Virus genome (UHGV): UHGV-0114450
Length of the DNA: 37,666 bases
Reading direction: 5' to 3' (one strand)
Origin: a virus
Position numbers and translations under genes: made by a program. Shown piece by piece: positions 25,232 to 33,256 of the stretch (position 1 is the first letter of the stretch; each line of letters begins with the position of its first letter). A model generated the notes under the pieces. It worked only from the letters and a program-made list of their open reading frames with translations. It did no database searches and was not told where the DNA came from.

Positions 25232-25291
25232 TATTTCAAGAAGCCCGGTATACCCTTGCCCCGGCCGGAGGCTGGCTCCTTTCTGTTTATT

Positions 25292-25480
25292 CTACACTGT
25301 CATTTTAGCTCCGCACTTCGGGCAGAACTTCCATTTTGCTTTGATATATTCTGTACTGGATCTTCCTGTTTCAACGGCATCATAACTCTCAACCTGAAAG
25401 CCACAACCAGAGCATTCAGCATGGATATAGTCGTTGTGCTCTTCTCTACTTTTCCACTTTGCTTTTTTCATTCTTCCCAT
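25292..25480 (-). CDS. Small zinc-ribbon protein
   Basis: CSGC...FCPKCGAKM. Confidence 0.8.
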   Translation of the reverse strand: MGRMKKAKWKSREEHNDYIHAECSGCGFQVESYDAVETGRSSTEYIKAKWKFCPKCGAKMTV

Positions 25481-25619
25481 GATTCCTGCTCCATTCCGTA
25501 AGATATTCTTCCTGCTCCCGGTCCTCTTCCGGATCCTTCGGACGCTCTGGCCGGTTCAGTAACCAGGCAAACAGGCCAACCAACGCACCGCAGAACACAA
25601 CAATTCCAATCACTGACAT
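25446..25619 (-). CDS. 57-aa single-pass membrane protein (not in ORF track)
   Basis: MSVIGIVVFCGALVGLFAWLLNRPERPKDPEEDREQEEYLTEWSRNHGKNEKSKVEK. Fills the gap between its neighbours. Confidence 0.7.
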   Translation of the reverse strand: MSVIGIVVFCGALVGLFAWLLNRPERPKDPEEDREQEEYLTEWSRNHGKNEKSKVEK

Positions 25620-25861
25620 CTTCTCGCCCTTTCCAATAATTCAATTCTTGTTTCGTCCCAGTCATCCAGAAGATACTGAGGAAAATCCAGCTTTTTATGC
25701 CGTTCAAGTTCCCGATCAGCCCGTAGAAGACCGTTCTCTTCCACGATTCTGCGAATGACGGCGTGCCCGACTCCGAACTTTTCCCGCACCGCCTTCTGCG
25801 TCATCCCCGCTTTCAGCAGTGCCAGGATCTGCCTTTCTACCTTTTCCGGCGTTTTCTGCAT
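25610..25861 (-). CDS. Small HTH protein
   Basis: LKAGMTQKAVREKFGVGHAVIRRIV. Confidence 0.7.
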   Translation of the reverse strand: MQKTPEKVERQILALLKAGMTQKAVREKFGVGHAVIRRIVEENGLLRADRELERHKKLDFPQYLLDDWDETRIELLERARRCQ

Positions 25862-26015
25862 CTTCTCTTCCTTCCCACCGCAGGCACTTGCGGCACCGTG
25901 TTTTGGTGCTCACCAGCGTGCCACGGATCATATTTGCCCGCGGGCAGCCGGTGCCTACATACACCGCTGTTCTGCCCACGCTGAGCACATGTTTACAGGT
26001 TTCATACTTCTCCAT
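25716..26015 (-). CDS. Small Cys-rich hypothetical protein
   Basis: TCKH, GCP and CRKC motifs with a GGAGG RBS. The 3' part overlaps the next gene. Confidence 0.5.
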   Translation of the reverse strand: MEKYETCKHVLSVGRTAVYVGTGCPRANMIRGTLVSTKTRCRKCLRWEGREDAENAGKGRKADPGTAESGDDAEGGAGKVRSRARRHSQNRGRERSSTG

Positions 26016-26016
26016 G

Positions 26017-26544
26017 CTACGCATCCTCCCTGGTTCCGATCTGCATCTGCTTTCTCTGGATATCGCCGATCAGGTTTTTCAATGCTTCCGGCATCTGCGC
26101 TTCCTGCCGTCTCCGCTCCGCCAGCTGCTCGTAGATCATGCGGAAGTTTGCGCGGTCCGCGGAGATGTTCTCCGACATACAGATCTGCTTGAAGCCGAGC
26201 CGTTCCACGCACTGCCTTGTGATCGGATCGAAGCTCTCCATTGCGTCCTCAGCTCTGTATAAGCCGTATTTTCGAATTGCTTTCAACACCTGCTCCCATC
26301 CTTCACCCCAGTCGAGAACTTCGCCGGAAGCGACCCCTGCGGCCGTCTCACGGATATCTGCGATGGATGGAGACCACTTATTTGTGGCAACCCACTGATT
26401 CAGCGCCGCCTCTGCCGTGCGGTATGGGATATCCTGGAGCTGCTGGTACCACAGTTCCATCGCCTGGGTATTCGGGAGCAGGTTCTCCCGGGGATAATAG
26501 GTCTTCAGCGCCATTGTGAACAGGGAAAATTCCTGCTTATTCAT
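26017..26544 (-). CDS. Replicative helicase loader/inhibitor (G39P-like N-terminus)
   Basis: LWYQQLQDIPY...TNKWSPSIADIR. Follows the replication initiator. Confidence 0.8.
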   Translation of the reverse strand: MNKQEFSLFTMALKTYYPRENLLPNTQAMELWYQQLQDIPYRTAEAALNQWVATNKWSPSIADIRETAAGVASGEVLDWGEGWEQVLKAIRKYGLYRAEDAMESFDPITRQCVERLGFKQICMSENISADRANFRMIYEQLAERRRQEAQMPEALKNLIGDIQRKQMQIGTREDA

Positions 26545-27466
26545 CCTTATCACCATCTTCCTGGGCGGCCCATTCGGTCGCCATATTGTAAAAATCATCT
26601 AACTGCTTCGCTGTATTGTTTCCTGACGGCTGCTTGACTGTATGCTTGTTCCACGGTCCGTCATCATAGTTTCCGTCGATTACCTTAGCCATATTGGCAT
26701 CCTTGATCATCCAATCGAAGTTGGCTGACCAGTTCTGGTTATTCGCCCCTTTCAGGAACGAGGATGCCTCCGCCTTTTCGAACAGCATCCGGAAGTCATC
26801 CATGCTGTACATTTTCAGCCGTGCCCGGATCGCTCGTTTTCTGGCTTCGGAAAGAGAAATAACCTTGGGATAAGAAACGCAGATGGACCGGTAAAGGTCC
26901 ACAACCTGCTCGCAGGTTACTTTCTCTTTACTCTCTTTATTCTTATCTTTATCTTCTTCTTTATCTTTCTCTTTATCTAGGCTGTTAACGTTGGATTCAT
27001 GTAAATATTTATGTAAATGTTTACGTGAATCTTCACATGAACTTTCCTCTGTATTTTCTTCCTGCTCACCAGTCAGCAGAAGCTTCTGTTTTCTGCGGTA
27101 GTCCCGCTGGTATTCTCTCTGGTACTTCTTCCGGGCCTCCAGCTGTTCCAGGTTCTGATGCTTTCCCCAATTCGGGATGGTAATCACACCGTCCAGAATC
27201 TCAATCATGCCAAACTGCTCGAAGGTCTTAAGTGCTAGCTGCACCGTAGACTCCTTCCGCCGGAAGATGGTTGCCAGCATTTTGTCCGTGTAGGCGATTT
27301 TATCACTCAGCAGGAACACACCGCTGTTATTCATCTTCCCGGCAAGGCACAGGAGCTTAAACCAGATCACAATAATCGAGTCCGCCTCCGGCAGGCTCTC
27401 AATCAACAGAATCTTCTCATTGTCGAAGATATCTGTCGTGATCTTAATCCATTTGATATCCGCCAT
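26537..27466 (-). CDS. Phage replisome organizer / replication initiator
   Basis: N-terminal IKWIKITTDIFDNEKI, DKEKD linker and C-terminal WSANFDWM...IDGNY. Confidence 0.9.
   Translation of the reverse strand: MADIKWIKITTDIFDNEKILLIESLPEADSIIVIWFKLLCLAGKMNNSGVFLLSDKIAYTDKMLATIFRRKESTVQLALKTFEQFGMIEILDGVITIPNWGKHQNLEQLEARKKYQREYQRDYRRKQKLLLTGEQEENTEESSCEDSRKHLHKYLHESNVNSLDKEKDKEEDKDKNKESKEKVTCEQVVDLYRSICVSYPKVISLSEARKRAIRARLKMYSMDDFRMLFEKAEASSFLKGANNQNWSANFDWMIKDANMAKVIDGNYDDGPWNKHTVKQPSGNNTAKQLDDFYNMATEWAAQEDGDKDE
27000..27035. repeat. Putative origin iterons inside the initiator gene
   Basis: Tandem 12-mers TGTAAATATTTA, TGTAAATGTTTA and CGTGAATCTTCA next to a purine/pyrimidine-skewed AT-rich tract. 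Confidence 0.55.
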
Positions 27467-27479
27467 GTTACTCTCCTCC

Positions 27480-27869
27480 CTAAATCTCCCTGATTCGTAT
27501 TCCATACACGGAAAGCATCAGCTTCCGTTTGATGATATAATCTTTCGTCCGGAATCCCTTGGTGTCTTCTACGATCGTAAGGGTATCCCCGTCCAGCAGA
27601 ATCGTCTTGTATACAAAATCCGCTATGTAGGCACATTCCCGCTCAACGCATCTTCCGCACCCTTTCTTGGTTGTGCTTTCCGGATGCTCGTACTGTGCCG
27701 GAATCAGCACATATTTGACCTGCCGCCGGATATCCTTTATTTCTCCTGCTTTTTCGAGGAGCAGAAGCTCCTGGTACCGCGCCGCCTCCCGCTTCGAGTC
27801 GAACACGATGCCATTCACTTCCACTTTTCGGCTGCCGTATTTATTTCCGGCATATCTTTTCCACGCCAT
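27480..27869 (-). CDS. DUF1064 family PD-(D/E)XK endonuclease-like protein
   Basis: NKYG, FDSKREA, YIADFVY and VEDTKG motifs. Confidence 0.85.
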   Translation of the reverse strand: MAWKRYAGNKYGSRKVEVNGIVFDSKREAARYQELLLLEKAGEIKDIRRQVKYVLIPAQYEHPESTTKKGCGRCVERECAYIADFVYKTILLDGDTLTIVEDTKGFRTKDYIIKRKLMLSVYGIRIREI

Positions 27870-27883
27870 TTCGCACCTTCTCT

Positions 27884-28303
27884 CTAGTTGAATGGAAGTT
27901 CTTCGTCGATGCCATCCGGGAGGCTCATAAAGCCATCTGGGTCTGTCGCCTGCGGTGCCGATCCTTCGATGTTTCCACTTGCACCCTTACTCTCTGCAAA
28001 CTCCTGTTCCTCGATCACTACATCCGTCGTATAGACCTTCTGTCCGTCACGGTTGGTATAGCTGCCGGTCTGGATCCGGCCGGTGATGATAATCTTCGTG
28101 CCGCGATGCAGGTAATACTCCGCAAACTGCGCCGCCTTACCGAACGCAACGCATGGAATAAAATCCGCGGTCTGGTCACCTTCTCTCTTAAATCTCCGAT
28201 CCACCGCCAGACGGTACCGTGCAACGGCGGTCTGATTCTCGTTCTGGCTGTATCTTACTTCCGGATCCGCGCACAGGCGGCCCATTAAAATCACTTTATT
28301 CAT
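27884..28303 (-). CDS. ssb: Single-stranded DNA-binding protein
   Basis: MNKVILMGRL...DFIPCVAFGK and acidic tail DEELPFN. Confidence 0.96.
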   Translation of the reverse strand: MNKVILMGRLCADPEVRYSQNENQTAVARYRLAVDRRFKREGDQTADFIPCVAFGKAAQFAEYYLHRGTKIIITGRIQTGSYTNRDGQKVYTTDVVIEEQEFAESKGASGNIEGSAPQATDPDGFMSLPDGIDEELPFN

Positions 28304-28396
28304 CCTCTGCCCTTTCTATCTGCCCAGCACAGCCATTTTCTGGCCGCGCTGGTAATCTTAATTAAAAATGTCATCTTATAGTGTTTAAAACGCCTC

Positions 28397-29167
28397 TTAC
28401 ATGCCCGGCACCGCACCAGGATAATCGGTAATATCCATCTGTCCCGGAAGGTTTTCTTCCTGCGGTGGTACATTTCTCGGCACGCTCTGGCGGTTCGGTG
28501 TCTTCTGCAGGCGGCGCATGGCTTTGTTGTATTGCTCCACACTCAGATCACTGATTTTTCCAACCTTGAAGGTATCGCAGATCTGCGACTCCTGTACGCC
28601 GGTTCTCGCCAGTTCGCCCTGCAGTCTCCGGATCATCTCGCCATTGATTTTGCTGGTTCGCATATCAGCCGCCGGTGGGGTCCCTGTCTGCTGGGTCTGC
28701 GGCCGGTTTCCGGCTGTCTGCAGACCATTTACCGACTCCGCATCCGGATCCGCCATATCAGACGTTGGAATGCAGAACACTTGAAAACACGCATATTTGT
28801 ATGCAATAGCCATTGCTTTATTGGTCGCCTTGTCCCCCGTATCCAATGCTTCTCCCACGAGTGTAGACTCAATGGAGGACCCGTCCTCAGCATAGAACGT
28901 AAACTTAATTGTGCAGGTCACATGATACATTACCGTTCCTCTTGCCGTCTGAAGCTCATTTACTTCACGACTCAGGATATTCGGCACGATGACCACTTTG
29001 TTCTTTGCCAGTGCCGGATGCAGGGCATTATACACATCATCGATGCTGCGGAACTTAAATCCCTGCTGTTTATTCATCTTATCTTTTCCAACCGCGCCAA
29101 CATCCGCAATCACACCGGCAATCGAGCGATAGATCATCGGATATTCCTTTTTCTCTGCTTCTGCCAT
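28397..29167 (-). CDS. ERF-family single-strand annealing recombinase
   Basis: GFKFRSIDD and GEALDTGDKATNKAMAIAYKYA motifs. Confidence 0.88.
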   Translation of the reverse strand: MAEAEKKEYPMIYRSIAGVIADVGAVGKDKMNKQQGFKFRSIDDVYNALHPALAKNKVVIVPNILSREVNELQTARGTVMYHVTCTIKFTFYAEDGSSIESTLVGEALDTGDKATNKAMAIAYKYACFQVFCIPTSDMADPDAESVNGLQTAGNRPQTQQTGTPPAADMRTSKINGEMIRRLQGELARTGVQESQICDTFKVGKISDLSVEQYNKAMRRLQKTPNRQSVPRNVPPQEENLPGQMDITDYPGAVPGM

Positions 29168-30129
29168 TATGCCTGTCTCCTTTCGAAATAGATGCCGAGG
29201 CTGTTCAATGCCATATCCGCCTGCTCCAGTTCATCCGGTGTAGCAATGATCTTATACCACATCGTAACTGTCTGCGGCTGTGGGAACGGAAGATCATCGC
29301 CGTCCTCTGCATCATCGAGGGAAAACGGTACTTCCGGCTCTGGTGTTTCCATTGCCGCAGCTTTCAACGCTTCTTCCGCCTTTTTCCGTTCTTCCTCTCT
29401 GGCCTTGGCGATTTCTTCGAGTTTTCGGCGCTCTTCCTCACGCGCTCTCTCGATCTCAGCCTGCCGCCGCTGCTCCTCTTCCTGCTGAATGCGGATGCGT
29501 TCCGTCTCCAATGCCCGCTTTTTGTTGTCCTCGTATGTATTAATCCGGGTAAGGGCGGCACCAAGATCACGGCTCTTCTGATAGATCTTCAACGCATCGT
29601 CCACAACATCTGACTGCGTGTTTCGGATAATGGCAACCTCAGAAGAAACCTTTTCAACCATCGCCAAAAGCTCTTTTTCGACCTGTTTCAGGCTGGTGGT
29701 GGCGTTATCCCACTTTTTCACGTAGATCTCTTTGAGCGGCAGGTACTCCGCCCACTCACCGGTGTAATCTGCATACATCGCCTCAACATCTGCATGGCGC
29801 TTGCGGATGCGTTCTGCCTCCATCTCTTTCAGCTGACCATCGATCAGGCAGATCGGCTCGTCGATGATTTCCAGCAGCTCTTTCACCTTCTCCTCGAAGT
29901 CATTGTACGGTACCAGGCACTGCGCCTTGACCTCTTTCCGGCGCTTCTCAATCTCGTCTCTGGTCTTTCGGAGAGACGCAAGCTCCGCCTTGGCGACGCT
30001 CTTGGACTCCTCCGTGAACACCGCGCCCTGATACTCCGCCATTTTGGCGGACAGCTGGGCTTTTACATCCTCAAAGTTGCACCGGATCACTGCCGGCTCC
30101 TGACTGATCTTAATCTGCAGTTCTTCCAT
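29167..30129 (-). CDS. DUF1351 family protein
   Basis: Coiled-coil with AKAELASLRK...PYNDFE. Lies upstream of the recombinase. Confidence 0.8.
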   Translation of the reverse strand: MEELQIKISQEPAVIRCNFEDVKAQLSAKMAEYQGAVFTEESKSVAKAELASLRKTRDEIEKRRKEVKAQCLVPYNDFEEKVKELLEIIDEPICLIDGQLKEMEAERIRKRHADVEAMYADYTGEWAEYLPLKEIYVKKWDNATTSLKQVEKELLAMVEKVSSEVAIIRNTQSDVVDDALKIYQKSRDLGAALTRINTYEDNKKRALETERIRIQQEEEQRRQAEIERAREEERRKLEEIAKAREEERKKAEEALKAAAMETPEPEVPFSLDDAEDGDDLPFPQPQTVTMWYKIIATPDELEQADMALNSLGIYFERRQA

Positions 30130-30310
30130 CTTTTGCATCCTCCGTCTTTTCTTCTGCTTTTTCAGCAACACCCAGCAACGTATGCAGTGTCTCCGTGTAG
30201 ATCATGCCTTTTTTTACCAGCATATCGCGCATAATTTCCAGTGTTCTCTGGTCTTTTGCCTTTTCCTCGTAGTCATCCAGAGGAACAGAGATCATCATCA
30301 TTTCCGACAT
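30110..30310 (-). CDS. Hypothetical early protein
   Basis: GAGGAG RBS and tight packing. Confidence 0.7.
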   Translation of the reverse strand: MSEMMMISVPLDDYEEKAKDQRTLEIMRDMLVKKGMIYTETLHTLLGVAEKAEEKTEDAKDGRTAD

Positions 30311-30311
30311 T

Positions 30312-30584
30312 TTATAACTCCTCTCTTTCCATTGCCTCGAAGATTCTTCCGATGGTCTCCATCAGATCATCCGTGAGAATTTTGCTCAATTCCTTTCCAG
30401 CATCCTCCTCTCGCTGAAACTTGATGCCTTTCTGGGTATACTTAATCAAGTTTTGAGCGGCCATTTCTTCCGGCATCTTTTCTTTCAACGATTTATAGGT
30501 TCCCATAACCAGAGTCAGAAAGTCAGCAAGAACAACCTCTTTGCTTCCTTCAACCTCAACGATACCTTCTTTAGATTTAATCAT
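30312..30584 (-). CDS. Hypothetical early protein
   Basis: GAGG RBS and tight packing. Confidence 0.7.
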   Translation of the reverse strand: MIKSKEGIVEVEGSKEVVLADFLTLVMGTYKSLKEKMPEEMAAQNLIKYTQKGIKFQREEDAGKELSKILTDDLMETIGRIFEAMEREEL

Positions 30585-30615
30585 TTTCTTTTCCTCACTT
30601 TCGTATTTTGATAGT

Positions 30616-30858
30616 TTATTTCAGTGATCCGCTCCGGATCCACGCCGCAAACACTGCGTCCCGGCGCTCTTCTTCCCACTCTTCCTGCTCCTCGCGGCAC
30701 TCTTCGACGTAATCGCCGATCTTCTTTGCCACGAGCGCCAGAAGGAACATTCCAGCTCCCAGGGCGGCGCGGCCCCACAGATCCGAGTCCACGCCGCCGA
30801 TGTAAATCCATGTACCAACCGCGCCGATTACCAGCGTAGCTTTATCTGATGCTTTCAT
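30616..30858 (-). CDS. Small two-TM early protein
   Basis: Two hydrophobic helices followed by an acidic tail. AAGGAG RBS. Confidence 0.7.
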   Translation of the reverse strand: MKASDKATLVIGAVGTWIYIGGVDSDLWGRAALGAGMFLLALVAKKIGDYVEECREEQEEWEEERRDAVFAAWIRSGSLK

Positions 30859-31285
30859 TTGCTACTCCTTCCACGCTGATACCCTCGATCTCCGAGAAAC
30901 GTTTTGCGTTAATGAAATACACCCAGTGTTCCGATGTTTTGATTCCATAGCCCCACGGGAATACCCCCTGCTGGAGCCCTTTGCGCACGGTCTGATGATT
31001 AATTCCCATCATCCGCGCGGCATCCATGACACTCAGACGCGGGATAATGCATTCTTTCCTTTTCTGCGTCGGAAGTGCCGACATCCGGTCATCCAGCTTG
31101 GAAAAATAATCTTCTTCCAGTCCCAGCGCCACCGCGATGTCACGCTGCTTTGCCTCGGACGGAACCTGCTTATCGGAAAGATACTGGCTGATCGACGCTT
31201 TGCTCTTCCCAATCAATCCGACCATCTGAGTTTGCGTCAGATTCAGCTCTTTCATGGCCTTTCTCAATTTTTCGGAAAATTTCAT
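30842..31285 (-). CDS. XRE HTH fused to an excisionase-like winged HTH
   Basis: N-terminal LTQTQMVGLIGKSKASISQYL and C-terminal LSVMDAARMMGINHQTVRKGLQQGVFPWG. Confidence 0.75.
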   Translation of the reverse strand: MKFSEKLRKAMKELNLTQTQMVGLIGKSKASISQYLSDKQVPSEAKQRDIAVALGLEEDYFSKLDDRMSALPTQKRKECIIPRLSVMDAARMMGINHQTVRKGLQQGVFPWGYGIKTSEHWVYFINAKRFSEIEGISVEGVANESIR

Positions 31286-31375
31286 TGCTTTATTACTCAC
31301 TTTCTGCTACTATGTAGCTGCATTGGTATTGCATCCCATGGGAACTGGTCCTTCCTGTGGGACTTTTTCTTTTTA

Positions 31376-31404
31376 TTGACTTTTTACTGCTCCACTCCTA
31401 TTCT
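31376..31404 (+). promoter_or_regulatory. Promoter of counter-oriented moron
   Basis: TTGACT-N17-TATTCT, preceded by a + strand terminator hairpin (about 31334-31375). Confidence 0.6.
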
Positions 31405-31453
31405 GGTTATACAAGGCACTGCCATGCCCGAGTATTTCAGAAAGGAGATCATC

Positions 31454-31900
31454 GTGAATAGCTCTGTTATTGTTTCTGTAATCACTGTAATTGGGTCGTT
31501 TACCCTTGTTTATCTAAACTCGATAAAAGACTCATCCGACAGAAAATACAACGTCAGAAAAGAACAGCTTTTAAAATTTTATGTCCCGTTTTATCAGAGA
31601 TATCGCATGGGATTCTTCCCTCAAAATCAGTTGAGCACTATGTCTATTGAAGTACGTTCCACATTTTTGGATATAATGACTCAAAACATCCATCTCATGG
31701 AACCACTATCTCAGGCAATGTATTCTGATTTCTATTTAGCATTCCTAAACTTGGCGGAAGCTGAAAATGGCAATCCAGAATATCCATATGAAAAATGTGC
31801 TCAAAAAATGGACGAGGTTTTTGAGGACCTGTCAAAAGCAATCTTCATCGAGTACAGACAAATATTAAAGAAATGCCATCTGCCAGTGCCTTTAAAATAA
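31454..31900 (+). CDS. Counter-oriented membrane-anchored moron protein (148 aa)
   Basis: GTG start after AAAGGAG, N-terminal TM, AT-rich. Confidence 0.8.
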   Translation: MNSSVIVSVITVIGSFTLVYLNSIKDSSDRKYNVRKEQLLKFYVPFYQRYRMGFFPQNQLSTMSIEVRSTFLDIMTQNIHLMEPLSQAMYSDFYLAFLNLAEAENGNPEYPYEKCAQKMDEVFEDLSKAIFIEYRQILKKCHLPVPLK

Positions 31901-31994
31901 GGCCTGTGCGTTTCTTTTCTTCTGAATAGCACAATGCGGAAAGCATATTCATTCCAAGTACAATAATTACTATTGCTATTTCGAACATCAGCAT
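31845..31994 (-). CDS. 49-aa hydrophobic peptide (not in ORF track)
   Basis: MLMFEIAIVIIVLGMNMLSALCYSEEKKRTGLILKALADGISLIFVCTR. TGATG coupling to the upstream gene. Confidence 0.5.
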   Translation of the reverse strand: MLMFEIAIVIIVLGMNMLSALCYSEEKKRTGLILKALADGISLIFVCTR

Positions 31995-32188
31995 CACTTA
32001 ACGCTTGCCTCTCCAAAATGTGAGCGGATAAATTTCGCCGTTTCTCCAGAAGAGACCTGCATATCTTTTTCCAGCTCTCTTCTGGAAAAATCAAACTGCA
32101 TATCAATTCCTTCTCTCAGCTTTACCCACTGCGGATACGTGATCCCGTCCAGAGCATCGATGTACTCACTCAGTTTCTTCTGGCTCAT
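31994..32188 (-). CDS. Hypothetical early protein
   Basis: AAGGAGG RBS and ATGA coupling with the antirepressor gene. Confidence 0.7.
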   Translation of the reverse strand: MSQKKLSEYIDALDGITYPQWVKLREGIDMQFDFSRRELEKDMQVSSGETAKFIRSHFGEASVK

Positions 32189-32937
32189 ACTGCCTCCTTG
32201 TTCTTCAAATATTTATTCAGAAAGTACTGCTGACCTTTTCCAGTCACCTTTGTTGTTTTGGTCATCCGCACGCTTCCATCCGGGTTGGAAATCACGGTTT
32301 CTTTGATCTGGAACAGGCCATCCGCTACATATCGCTGCTTCGGCATGTTCCGGCTAGAACCGGTCTTCATGAGGTAACCTTCGTTGCGAAGCTGTTCGAA
32401 CAATCTTTTCTGTCCAGTATCTACGCCGTTCTGGCGCAGGAGCTTTGCGAGATCTCCGATCAGGATGGAACTGGTGCTTGCTTTCACAGCATCCGCGAAG
32501 ATTTCCTTCGGACGCATGCGCTCGACATCTTCCAGCAGACCGGCGTTGGTTTCTTTCAGCTTCTCGATCTTCTGATCTGCCATTTTCAGGGCGCGGGCGA
32601 AGATCTGCTCCGGGGTGTTCCAGGCTTTTTCTAGATCAATGAAGTATTGACGGTACTGCTTGCCTTTTTCGGATCGCTGGATCATGCAGATCTGTTTGGC
32701 CATGTCTACGGAAATCTGATAGTCCATAATATCTCTTTTGACCTCCCGATTTCCCTCTAATCGAACCTTCTCATTTTTGAGTAAGTTGAAATCAACCCCA
32801 TTTTCAAATCCATATTCCGCCATTCTCGAGAACCAATCATTGAATCTCGTATTGATTTCCAATGCTTCATGTAAATCTCTTGCTGATACTGTCGGCTGTT
32901 CTCCATCGTAATTAATAGGAATCAACATCTTTTCCAT
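32185..32937 (-). CDS. Phage antirepressor (AntA/AntB N-terminus plus KilAC/ANT C-terminus)
   Basis: VSARDLHEAL, RQYFIDLEK, ILIGDLAKLL and TKVTGKGQQYF motifs. Confidence 0.92.
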   Translation of the reverse strand: MEKMLIPINYDGEQPTVSARDLHEALEINTRFNDWFSRMAEYGFENGVDFNLLKNEKVRLEGNREVKRDIMDYQISVDMAKQICMIQRSEKGKQYRQYFIDLEKAWNTPEQIFARALKMADQKIEKLKETNAGLLEDVERMRPKEIFADAVKASTSSILIGDLAKLLRQNGVDTGQKRLFEQLRNEGYLMKTGSSRNMPKQRYVADGLFQIKETVISNPDGSVRMTKTTKVTGKGQQYFLNKYLKNKEAV

Positions 32938-33085
32938 GTAACTCACCTTCTTTCTTTTTTCTGTCATCCTGTTTCTGGCTTACCATGGCTTCTCCCATAC
33001 CCAAGAGATAACCCTTGTCAAAATCAGACATTTTAGGAATTGCCGTTGCAATGGTTTCCAGAATCTGTTTTTCTTTTTCTGACAT
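32912..33085 (-). CDS. 57-aa first gene of the lytic operon, non-HTH protein in the Cro position (not in ORF track)
   Basis: MSEKEKQILETIATAIPKMSDFDKGYLLGMGEAMVSQKQDDRKKKEGELHGKDVDSY. AAGGAAG RBS directly after the lytic promoter. Confidence 0.8.
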   Translation of the reverse strand: MSEKEKQILETIATAIPKMSDFDKGYLLGMGEAMVSQKQDDRKKKEGELHGKDVDSY

Positions 33086-33120
33086 CTCGTTTCACTTCCT
33101 TTCTTTGTTGGTATATTGCA

Positions 33121-33149
33121 ATTATATGCTGGCTAATTTCATTTGTCAA
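33121..33149 (-). promoter_or_regulatory. Early lytic promoter
   Basis: Perfect TTGACA-N17-TATAAT. Confidence 0.88.
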
Positions 33150-33154
33150 TAGTA

Positions 33155-33190
33155 TTTTTGATATTTACCAACTTTTTGATATTTACCAAC
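33155..33190. repeat. Tandem 18-bp repeat, putative repressor operators
   Basis: TTTTTGATATTTACCAAC twice. Core TTGAT-N4-ACCAA is an imperfect palindrome. A related TTGGTATATTGCAA lies at 33108-33121. Confidence 0.7.
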
Positions 33191-33198
33191 TTTTTATA

Positions 33199-33227
33199 TT
33201 GATTTTCTATTACTCCTGCGTTATAAT
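33199..33227 (+). promoter_or_regulatory. Repressor (lysogenic) promoter
   Basis: TTGATT-N17-TATAAT upstream of a GAGGTG RBS. Confidence 0.75.
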
Positions 33228-33256
33228 CAAAATCAAGAAAAGAGGTGAACACTTAA

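Noticed and set aside
29285..29310. SSB-tail mimic DDLPF inside the DUF1351 protein
   Set aside because: Internal, whereas SSB-tail interactions need a free C-terminal Phe.
30926..31453. N-terminal extension of the 324-aa + strand ORF
   Set aside because: Antisense to the HTH fusion gene and upstream of a terminator, promoter and RBS that define a start at 31454.
33155..33190. CRISPR-like repeat
   Set aside because: Only two adjacent 18-bp copies with no spacer and no cas genes. Better explained as operators.
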